The notes under the pieces: generated by a model
Databases searched by the model: none
What the model saw: only the letters and a program-made list of their open reading frames with translations
What the model was told of the DNA's origin: nothing
Assembly: GCA_009784975.1 (NCBI GenBank)
Contig: WQXG01000004.1
Coordinates: forward strand, 19,761 to 83,760
From: Treponema sp.
Lineage (GTDB): Bacteria; Spirochaetota; Spirochaetia; Treponematales; Breznakiellaceae
DNA length: 64,000 nt
Direction: 5' to 3'
Made by a program: the position numbers and the translations under genes
Shown: positions 38,906 through 46,824 of the stretch, in pieces
Layout: each line of letters opens with the position of its first letter
Numbering within the stretch: position 1 is the first letter of the stretch

Positions 38906-39834
38906 GAGTCTTATATGCGGCAAGTCCTGCCATTGCGGTTCCCGCTCTTGAGGCGCTGCTTGGCACAGAGGGAATTGAACTGGCGGGTGTGCTTACCAAC
39001 CCCGATACGCCTCGCGGAAGACACGGCGCTTTGCAGCCGACAGATGCAGGGGAAGCTGCAAAAAAACACTCAATCTTTATTTTAAAACCGGAAAAACTAA
39101 ATACTCTTGCCCGTGAACAGGCTGCCTCCTTAAATTGCGATCTTCTGATTTCATTTGCCTACGGGCAGATTTTTGGCCCAAAATTTCTTGCATTGTTCCC
39201 GCTTGGAGGAATTAACATCCACCCAAGCCTGCTGCCCAAATACAGGGGACCGACACCTCTGCAAGCTGCCATTTTAAACCGTGATACTGTAACAGGAATT
39301 ACTATACAAAAGCTGGCGCTGGAAATGGACTGCGGAGATATCCTTATGCAGGAACAATTTGAATTAACCGGCAAGGAAACATCGGATTCATTAAGCGAAA
39401 TTGCCGGTATAAAAGCGGCTCAAATGCTGCCGGAATTACTGAAAAAAAGAGGCGGCTTTTCGGGAAGAGAGCAAAACCACAGCGAAGCTACATATTGTTC
39501 ACTAATAACCAAAGAAGACGGGGTAATAAACTGGAATTGCAGTGCGCCGGAAATAGAAGCAAAAATCCGCGCTTTTACCCCCTGGCCGCTGTGCAGGACT
39601 ATTCACAACGGGCGGGAATTAATTATATTAAAAGCAGATGTTTTTAACGAACCGGAAATGGTAAAATCTCCCGGAGAGGTCTTGGGAACAGATAAAAATC
39701 ATGGTATACTTATCCAGACTGGAAAGGGCATTCTTGCGGCGACGCATCTGCAGTATCAGGCAAAAAAAGCGCTTTTTTGGCGTGATTTTTTAAACGGGGC
39801 GCGGGATTTTACCGGCTCACAACTAGGATTTTAA
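38902..39834 (+). CDS. fmt: methionyl-tRNA formyltransferase
   Basis: The TTG start overlaps the def stop. The HPSLLPKYRGPTP motif is present and the 310-aa length fits. Confidence 0.92.
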   Translation: MRVLYAASPAIAVPALEALLGTEGIELAGVLTNPDTPRGRHGALQPTDAGEAAKKHSIFILKPEKLNTLAREQAASLNCDLLISFAYGQIFGPKFLALFPLGGINIHPSLLPKYRGPTPLQAAILNRDTVTGITIQKLALEMDCGDILMQEQFELTGKETSDSLSEIAGIKAAQMLPELLKKRGGFSGREQNHSEATYCSLITKEDGVINWNCSAPEIEAKIRAFTPWPLCRTIHNGRELIILKADVFNEPEMVKSPGEVLGTDKNHGILIQTGKGILAATHLQYQAKKALFWRDFLNGARDFTGSQLGF

Positions 39835-39844
39835 GAAGGGCTGT

Positions 39845-40858
39845 ATGGGAAAATTTAATTTAAGTTCAATCGAAGATTATGTAGCAAATCACTTAAGGAT
39901 GTTTATCCTTTCAGTTGCAGGGCTGGTAATTTTTGTAGGTATAATTGCGGTATCTGTTTTTTTTATTGCAGTTCACGGCGAGGAACAGACAATGGTTCCC
40001 GATGTCGTTGGCAAGGAATTAACTTCCGCCCTTATGGAATTGCAGGTAAAGGAATTATATCCCCGCCTTCAGCTTCGCTATTCGCAGACTTCCAGAGATA
40101 AGGGGATAATTCTTGAACAGGAACCAAAACCCGGAACCATCGTAAAAGCGGGGCGCCGTATCCGTCTTGTCGTAAGCCAGGGTGTTATTTTAAACAAGGT
40201 TGAGAATTTTGTCACCCGTAACATTGATGAAGTACGGATGGAAATACACGCGATCAATGCGGCATCTGGCGGTCCTCCTCTGCTTTCCATAAAAGAACCC
40301 ATAATGTACGAATTTTCATCAGAAAATCCCGGCGTAATTCTTGAACAAAAACCCGTAAGCGGAACTGATATTTCAGGACCCACATCTTTGGAATTTGTTG
40401 TCAGCAGGGGAAGAGAAAACCGAATGGTAACAGTACCTCAATTATCCGGATTATCAATGTCTGCCGCGCTTACATTAATTTCTTCAAGCGGAATTAACTT
40501 CAGGTTTACCGCGAGAGAAAGAAGCGGTAATGAAAGAGGCGAAACCATTGTGGAGCAAACGCCTGCCGCAAATACATCTGTTTCTATTAATACTCCGGTT
40601 CAGCTAACTGTTACCAATCCTCCAAGTTTGGCAAGCAGTGAAGTTTTTGGAATTTTTTCGTATACAATACCGCAGAATCCCTACCCGTTAATTGTGCGCC
40701 TTGAAACGCAGCTTCCTTCGGGAGAGCGAAGGCTGCTCTTTACCGCAAATTTCCCGGGCGGATTATTTACCGTTCCGTACAGGGTGCCGTCGGGAAGCCT
40801 GCTTATTTTGTCTATGCTTAACCGCGAGCTATACCGCGAAACGGTAGAAAGGAATTAA
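39845..40858 (+). CDS. membrane-anchored PASTA-domain protein with no kinase or PBP domain
   Basis: 337 aa. One N-terminal TM segment, then PASTA-like repeats (VPDVVGKELTSALMELQ...; VTVPQLSGLSMSAALTLI...). Confidence 0.7.
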   Translation: MGKFNLSSIEDYVANHLRMFILSVAGLVIFVGIIAVSVFFIAVHGEEQTMVPDVVGKELTSALMELQVKELYPRLQLRYSQTSRDKGIILEQEPKPGTIVKAGRRIRLVVSQGVILNKVENFVTRNIDEVRMEIHAINAASGGPPLLSIKEPIMYEFSSENPGVILEQKPVSGTDISGPTSLEFVVSRGRENRMVTVPQLSGLSMSAALTLISSSGINFRFTARERSGNERGETIVEQTPAANTSVSINTPVQLTVTNPPSLASSEVFGIFSYTIPQNPYPLIVRLETQLPSGERRLLFTANFPGGLFTVPYRVPSGSLLILSMLNRELYRETVERN

Positions 40859-42519
40859 GATTCCTCTTCTATACGAATACCGGAAACATAAATACTGCCG
40901 CCGTTGCTTAAAACGATTATTGCTATAAATGCTTTTGCCAGATTATCGAATCCCGGGGTGATGGCTAAATCCCGCACATTCAGATAAGTAACAGCGGTTG
41001 CTCTTGTTCCCCGCGCGGAAACAAGCGGTTCAATCAGCAGCTGGGAAGCGGTACCCATTATGGATTGCGCCGCGTTTGCATTGTTATTGTTCACCATTAT
41101 CCACATGTCACGGCTGGCAGGAGCGCTCCAGATAATTTCGTAATCAACAGAAATGCGTATATTTTTATCCGGGGTTAATAAATCAAATACTCCGTCACGA
41201 TGGACATCAGTATCGGTATTGTCATGTATATTGCTGCCAATCATTATTCTGGTACTGTTATGCGAATTAGCGCTGTCAGCACTGCCGTATCGCGGAAATG
41301 CCACCGGATCAGGATTGTTCCCCGATACATTATTTGATGAGTTAAGCAAAAGACCGGATGCCGTATATGGAATAAAATTTCCTTTTACTTTAACGGGCAT
41401 ACCTTCTGCATATTCTCCTCTTCCATACATTTTGTAGTTAACAGCCGATTCATACGAACTAAGCGTAGGACGCGGAGTAAGCGCCGGAAGCTCGGATGTC
41501 GGAGGATTGGGCGGCGTTATATCCAGATTTAAATGCCCGTCGCGCGCGCGATCCCATGCCCATATCGGCAAGGCTTGAGTTTTTACAAGTACAGATGCGT
41601 TTACAGAATTATCGCTGTAATGCGCCGTTACGCGCACAACTGCGGGAGGATCCTTAAAATTGCTTATAGATATGCCTTTTAGAGCGCAAATTTTTCCATT
41701 CGGTTCAATCTGCACCTCTGAAACATTGCCTGTTGTCCATGTAATAGATAAAGGCGTGCCTCCTGCATAGTCCGCTTCTATCTGCACGATGTCATTCGGA
41801 TACAGCCATATAATATTAGTTACAGGCAGTTTCTTTCCTTCACGATCTTCATTTGCAAAATTAATCCGTATTCCCCTGATTGTTATATCCGCAGCTTCTG
41901 TTATCTGCATATTAAAAGTTTTTGAAAAGCCGTTAATAGACGCGGTTATTGTTACATCGCCCTCTATAAGTCCTTTAACAATGCAGCTTCTGCTGCCTGC
42001 AATAGGAACTAGCTCAACCATATCTTGCGGGCTTTGGCTCCACGTTAAATTTCCTGCTGCCCAAAGCGGAATTAGCTCTGCGCTTAAAATCTGCTCTTCG
42101 CCAACTTCAATTTTGGGCAAACCTAAAATATTGTTTACCCCCTCTGCCTGAGCAGCCGCATAAATAAAAACAGAAATTGTTTTTGATACTAACCCGCCTG
42201 TATTGGATTTCCATGCCTTTACCGTAATTGAAACACTTCCTGAAGTATTAATGTTTTCCCCTCTTACGGTACATTCACTCCCAACTCCCGCACTTGTTAT
42301 AACAGCATCGCTTCCTGTAATTTCCCAAATAATTGAAACATTTCCTGCATTTTCTGTCTGTGCTCTTAAAGTAATTTCCTGCCCTTTTTGAACGGCTACA
42401 AAGGAACCCCTCTCCTGATCATCAAGATAAATTCTAACGCTGCCAGGCGATGTATTATCAAATTCAGGGCATCCTGTTAAAGCGAACACAATTACAAAGG
42501 ATAGCAGGATTTTTATCAT
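40855..42519 (-). CDS. surface lipoprotein: three Ig-like (Big_2-type) domains plus the uncharacterised C-terminal module
   Basis: ORF 40855..42555. The start MIKILLSFVIVFALTGC (lipobox) at 42519 overlaps the upstream stop by 4 nt. Ig-like segments include ITVKAWK and VTITASING. The C-terminal module (nt 40858-41571) ends IYVSGIRIEEES. Confidence 0.7.
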   Translation of the reverse strand: MIKILLSFVIVFALTGCPEFDNTSPGSVRIYLDDQERGSFVAVQKGQEITLRAQTENAGNVSIIWEITGSDAVITSAGVGSECTVRGENINTSGSVSITVKAWKSNTGGLVSKTISVFIYAAAQAEGVNNILGLPKIEVGEEQILSAELIPLWAAGNLTWSQSPQDMVELVPIAGSRSCIVKGLIEGDVTITASINGFSKTFNMQITEAADITIRGIRINFANEDREGKKLPVTNIIWLYPNDIVQIEADYAGGTPLSITWTTGNVSEVQIEPNGKICALKGISISNFKDPPAVVRVTAHYSDNSVNASVLVKTQALPIWAWDRARDGHLNLDITPPNPPTSELPALTPRPTLSSYESAVNYKMYGRGEYAEGMPVKVKGNFIPYTASGLLLNSSNNVSGNNPDPVAFPRYGSADSANSHNSTRIMIGSNIHDNTDTDVHRDGVFDLLTPDKNIRISVDYEIIWSAPASRDMWIMVNNNNANAAQSIMGTASQLLIEPLVSARGTRATAVTYLNVRDLAITPGFDNLAKAFIAIIVLSNGGSIYVSGIRIEEES

Positions 42520-42875
42520 CTTAGCCCCTTTGTAATAAACTTTACCTGCGCCCAAATTGCAGGATTAACAGCAGAAACAACTTTTATTACAGCTTCCTTA
42601 TTAGCGGTTCTTCCGGTACGAACAACACCTGCGCTGTCAACTTCTATAAATTCAGGATTATCACTGCTCCATTCAACAATATGCCCGGAAGGAACAATTG
42701 CATACAACCGCTGCACCCTGTTTGTAACAATTTCTATTTCCCTGTCATTTAAAATTTCTCTGCCTGAATAGATAACAATCCCGTCCGCCGATAAATCTGC
42801 ATCAGCATCCGGCTTAAGATCGCAGGCTCCAAGAATAATTAAAGTTAAAACCAAAATAAATACTTTTTTTATCAT
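42516..42875 (-). CDS. small lipoprotein with a single Ig-like (Big_2-type) domain
   Basis: ORF 42516..42908. Likely start MIKKVFILVLTLIILGAC (lipobox). Big_2-like segment EWSSDNPEFIEVDSAGVVRTG...AVIKVVS. Confidence 0.65.
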   Translation of the reverse strand: MIKKVFILVLTLIILGACDLKPDADADLSADGIVIYSGREILNDREIEIVTNRVQRLYAIVPSGHIVEWSSDNPEFIEVDSAGVVRTGRTANKEAVIKVVSAVNPAIWAQVKFITKGLR

Positions 42876-42888
42876 AAAAGTTTCTCTC

Positions 42889-44292
42889 TTAAAAAGAATA
42901 TTCAACATACAAAGGTATGGTGAGCACTGCTTTTTCCTGCATTCCGTTTACAGTCCCTGCAAATCTATATCCAATTCCGCCTTTAACATAACAATTATTA
43001 ATAATAGTTTTTTGAATGGATAAACCTGCGCCTATTCTGTAACCTCCGCTAAGAGCGGCAGGAGTTCCGCTGCCGATAATATTTCCGTTATTGTCATAAG
43101 AAATGCCAATCCATTCAAAACCAAAGTTTAATATTAATCTGCCAAAAGAAAATTCCCAGGAAGGCCATATATGCAGATTCAATTCCGGAGCAAAATAAAC
43201 TCCTGTAACATGACCTTTTAAACTGCCTCCGAATTTTGCATCCAAACGCCCTGCGATTTCAAATGCGTCATATTTATAACGCGCTCCCAATGCAACATGA
43301 TACGGTGCCTGCCAGACTAGCCCTGATTTATAGGCTCTGTAAACAGGATCAAGCAGGCTTTCATCAATTTTTTCAAATATATCAGGCGGGCTTTCTTCCC
43401 AATTCTTAAATGGTATCGGTATTTTGCCGCCAACATCTATCGTTAAACCGGAGATTCCTGTAAATGCAAAAGCTGCTTCTACCCGCGCGGATGTTATATT
43501 AAAAACCGGAATCGCATAAGAAGCAAGTTCTGTCACTGTTTCATTTATAATTTCATCGGTTACTATATTAATGCCTACATGAGGTTTAGCGCCAAAATAC
43601 TGCACGCGCACTGTTCCAACATTTGGAATTGTGTATGCCGCCGCAACCTGAATACGGTGCCAAACCTCTGCGTTTTGCGTAATTAAATCAGGACTGGAAT
43701 TATACACAGTACCGGGCGCGCTTGCATTGGCAAACGGCATCAGATCGTATAACATGGCGCCGAAAAAAAGATTCTCTTTTGGAGTAATACTGAGCATTAA
43801 ACCTGCCTGCCCGTTCCAGTGCGTTCTAAAGCGCGTAAAAATTCCGTCCGCATCGTACATACGGACAGTGTAGGCATGCATTCTTTCATCCTGATCATTT
43901 ATCTGCCCGCGCAGACGGTCGTTTAAAAAACGGCCGGCATCAATCTGCATCCATGGAAAAGGTCTCCACCATGCCTGCAAATAATCTTCTATCGCAACTC
44001 CGTCTGTTCTTGCCTGAATGCGCGTTCTCATCCCAATAATATTTTCATAGGATGCGCGCAAATCAAGGCGTGCCCGAATTCCCTGGCTTGAAGCATTGCG
44101 CCCTGCGCCTGCACCCATTATAACAGCTTCTTTTTCAGGTCCGCCGAAATATGACGGCTCTGTATCTTCATTTAATATAAGCTGAAACGGAATAATCGCC
44201 ATATCCACAGATGTTCCGATTGTAATTTCCGCAAAACACGGGGCTGCAATTATTAAAAATGCTGTCAGATACAGCGTCAGTATTTTTTTCAT
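42889..44292 (-). CDS. predicted outer-membrane beta-barrel protein
   Basis: 467 aa. Signal peptide MKKILTLYLTAFLIIAAPCFA. Many amphipathic strand-like segments (RARLDLRASY, AGLMLSITP, VRVQYFGAK, RVEAAFAFTG, GARYKYDAFEIAGRLDAKFG, GYRIGAGLSIQ). The C-terminus is ...PLYVEYSF. Confidence 0.6.
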   Translation of the reverse strand: MKKILTLYLTAFLIIAAPCFAEITIGTSVDMAIIPFQLILNEDTEPSYFGGPEKEAVIMGAGAGRNASSQGIRARLDLRASYENIIGMRTRIQARTDGVAIEDYLQAWWRPFPWMQIDAGRFLNDRLRGQINDQDERMHAYTVRMYDADGIFTRFRTHWNGQAGLMLSITPKENLFFGAMLYDLMPFANASAPGTVYNSSPDLITQNAEVWHRIQVAAAYTIPNVGTVRVQYFGAKPHVGINIVTDEIINETVTELASYAIPVFNITSARVEAAFAFTGISGLTIDVGGKIPIPFKNWEESPPDIFEKIDESLLDPVYRAYKSGLVWQAPYHVALGARYKYDAFEIAGRLDAKFGGSLKGHVTGVYFAPELNLHIWPSWEFSFGRLILNFGFEWIGISYDNNGNIIGSGTPAALSGGYRIGAGLSIQKTIINNCYVKGGIGYRFAGTVNGMQEKAVLTIPLYVEYSF

Positions 44293-44303
44293 ATCATGCT
44301 CCT

Positions 44304-45680
44304 TTAACGTATCAGTTTATCCATTTCAAAATCTGCAAACAGAACAGCCATTTCGCGTTCTCCTCTTTCATTTTTTTCTTCGCCCAAAAAAGTTAACACA
44401 GGGTTAGCCGGGTCAGGCAATCCAAAAGGTGTCATGTGCAATATACGCCGGTAAACGCCGAACTTGGGACGAATGTAACTGTTAAACGGACGGTACATCA
44501 CAAAAGGATCCGGCTCATTGTATATTGCGGGTGAATAGGTATATTCCATTAATACTTTCATGTCCCTTATACGAACAAGTTTAATGCTGAAAGTACCAGG
44601 ATTATCATAGGTGACGGTTTCTTGCGCGAAAATCCATTCGCCTTTAAAAGGCGCAAGGTCTACTTCGGCAGGATACCAGTTTACACTTGGGTCTCCGTTG
44701 GGACGAATCGGTCCGCGGTAAATTAGCTGCAGCACTTCCCTTCCCGTCCGTAATCTGCGGCCTGTCAAAGTAAAGGTGGGGTTTCCCGAATCTCCGCCTT
44801 CCGGTTTTAACTGATGAATATGCGTAAATTCACTTGATACCCTAAAATCATCCGGCAGGCGGAATTTCCATCTGTGCGTAAATGTATCGCCGTTTCCTCT
44901 TGAATGCATATCGGGATTATCATGCTGGCCATCCATGGTTTTTATTTCCATTCTTTGCCGGTCATCATAACCTCCCACCATGTCACCGTCCAGCTCATGA
45001 TGCATAATAAATCTAAAAACTTCCCTGTGCAAACGAAAAGCTTCTTCCGGCAAATATTCCCAATCTTTTACCTGAACAACATGCGGCACACCTTCATGTA
45101 ATTTACGCAGTTCGGTTTCCAGATAATTATCGCCGTGTATGGTATCTTCGAACGAAACAAGATTTGTCTGGCGGGCGGATAATCCGTCCGGCGCTTCATA
45201 ATGAAACCCCCTATCCCTTATAAGCCGGTAGGATGTCTGCCCGCGCGCATTGTAGGGAACGGCAAAATCTTCATTATAAACATTCATGTTTGCGGATAAA
45301 ATATTGCGGCTAACGTCCGCTGCTTTCCAGTTACGGACAAACACACGAAGCTCGCCGGATCTTTGCGCGGATTCAAATTTTACGATACCCATAACTCCTG
45401 CTTTTCCGGATATTTCAAAATCGGAACCGTTTTTTACAACCTGAATCGAAGGAGAGCCGGATGAAAATGCCGCATCGGTAATTTTAGTGTCAGATAAAAA
45501 ATAATCGTTATAAAGGGAAACAGTTATTGTTTCATCGGGATCGATTACCAAAACATGCAGAAGCGGAGCATAAATTTTTGTTTCTCTTATTTCCAGGCGG
45601 GGGCTTTCCGTTTCCGGCGCATCAGGCTGCAGGCAGGAAGAAAGAAAAATCAATAATATAACATAAAATATTTTAATCAT
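44304..45680 (-). CDS. lipoprotein with an N-terminal Ig-like domain and a concanavalin-like / polysaccharide-lyase-like (PF14099-type) domain
   Basis: 458 aa. Lipobox LLIFLSSC. The core QRMEIKT...GDTFTHRWKFRLPDDFRVSSEFTHIHQLKPEGGDSGNPTFTLTGR...LQLIY resembles the heparin-lyase-I/glucuronan-lyase-like Polysacc_lyase family. This is from memory of the family pattern, with no search run. Confidence 0.45.
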   Translation of the reverse strand: MIKIFYVILLIFLSSCLQPDAPETESPRLEIRETKIYAPLLHVLVIDPDETITVSLYNDYFLSDTKITDAAFSSGSPSIQVVKNGSDFEISGKAGVMGIVKFESAQRSGELRVFVRNWKAADVSRNILSANMNVYNEDFAVPYNARGQTSYRLIRDRGFHYEAPDGLSARQTNLVSFEDTIHGDNYLETELRKLHEGVPHVVQVKDWEYLPEEAFRLHREVFRFIMHHELDGDMVGGYDDRQRMEIKTMDGQHDNPDMHSRGNGDTFTHRWKFRLPDDFRVSSEFTHIHQLKPEGGDSGNPTFTLTGRRLRTGREVLQLIYRGPIRPNGDPSVNWYPAEVDLAPFKGEWIFAQETVTYDNPGTFSIKLVRIRDMKVLMEYTYSPAIYNEPDPFVMYRPFNSYIRPKFGVYRRILHMTPFGLPDPANPVLTFLGEEKNERGEREMAVLFADFEMDKLIR

Positions 45681-45692
45681 TAAAAACTCCCG

Positions 45693-46730
45693 TTAATCCG
45701 CGCTTTCTATTCGTATACCGCGAAGCAGAATCTTGCCCTGCGGCAATGCCAAACAAACAAAGGAACGTGACAGTACTGCGTCTTTTTTTTCGGCATCAGT
45801 GCTTCCCGGAATATCATCTTTTTTTGACGTTGAAAGCGCGGAAAGCGAGTTATCAAATATTCCTGTTAAAATTCCTGTACTCGCGCTTGATTGCGTTAAC
45901 TCCGTAACAAAAGAATTGTTAATTGCCGAAGCATTACGCTGCAGAGTATTGTTGTTTACCTGAATACGCAAAAACGAATCCGCATCCAGCATTTCGTATT
46001 CAACAGAAACGCGCACCCTTCCTGCCCATAGCTCATATCCTTGGGGTCCGTTTAAAAAATCAAATTGCCCGTTTTTATCATAAACCGGATGATCCTCAAA
46101 AGGCGAATTTGTCGCCGTTGCCATTCCGGAGCCGATTAAAAGCTTCGCCCCTGCTCCTTCCAGCACTATCCCGCCGCGTTTCATATCGCTGTAAATTTCC
46201 GTATCTCCTGTGCGAATCAACATTGGAAAACCTGCATCATAAATGTAGTAATTTGTCTGCGCTTCCAATACAGGATTTTCCATCCAGTCGGCATACAGAT
46301 AATTCCATTTAAAAAATGTTTTTGGAATCACATTGATGATACATTCCGCCCCAACAACAATTTCGTTTAAAGTATTCCGCGCGGTAACAAAGATTATAGT
46401 CTTGCCGCCGTTTTTGGCTGTGACAGTAATTTCCTGCCCGGAAAAACCGCTTAATTCCAAAATACTACCATTGCTGCTTTGCCAATGCACTCCGCCCTGC
46501 ACTCCCGCCGGCTCCAGCATAACCCCCAGAATTCCTGACCTTCCTTCGATGAGAGTTATACCCAACACAGGAACCGGATTTTTATTGAATAAAATTGAAA
46601 CACCGTCTACAGGAGATTGAAGATAATTATTTTCCGTTGCCAAACCTTCGGTTTGAGGGCAGCCAAGCATCAGAAGCCCTAAAACTGCGCAAAAAGCCAT
46701 TGTTTTTCTGCCCGAAAAATAATTTAACAT
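45693..46730 (-). CDS. lipoprotein: one Ig-like (Big_2-type) domain plus the uncharacterised C-terminal module
   Basis: 345 aa. The lipobox LLMLGC can be reached from either Met, at 46730 or 46700; promoter geometry favours 46700. Big_2-like segment ITVTAKNGGKTIIFVTA. The module (nt 45696-46319) ends ILLRGIRIESAD. Confidence 0.7.
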   Translation of the reverse strand: MLNYFSGRKTMAFCAVLGLLMLGCPQTEGLATENNYLQSPVDGVSILFNKNPVPVLGITLIEGRSGILGVMLEPAGVQGGVHWQSSNGSILELSGFSGQEITVTAKNGGKTIIFVTARNTLNEIVVGAECIINVIPKTFFKWNYLYADWMENPVLEAQTNYYIYDAGFPMLIRTGDTEIYSDMKRGGIVLEGAGAKLLIGSGMATATNSPFEDHPVYDKNGQFDFLNGPQGYELWAGRVRVSVEYEMLDADSFLRIQVNNNTLQRNASAINNSFVTELTQSSASTGILTGIFDNSLSALSTSKKDDIPGSTDAEKKDAVLSRSFVCLALPQGKILLRGIRIESAD

Positions 46731-46735
46731 AGTTT

Positions 46736-46786
46736 ATTTTACAACAGACTAATTTTCTTGACAACAGGCAATATGGGGGTTATATT
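46736..46786. promoter_or_regulatory. back-to-back divergent sigma70-type promoters sharing an overlapping -35 region
   Basis: Plus strand: TTGACA at 46758-63, a 17-nt spacer, TATATT at 46781-86. Minus strand: TTGTCA as the complement of 46759-64, a 17-nt spacer, TAAAAT as the complement of 46736-41. Confidence 0.55.
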
Positions 46787-46824
46787 TTGATAAACAAGCA
46801 AATAATTCTTTTTTGGAGGGAGTT

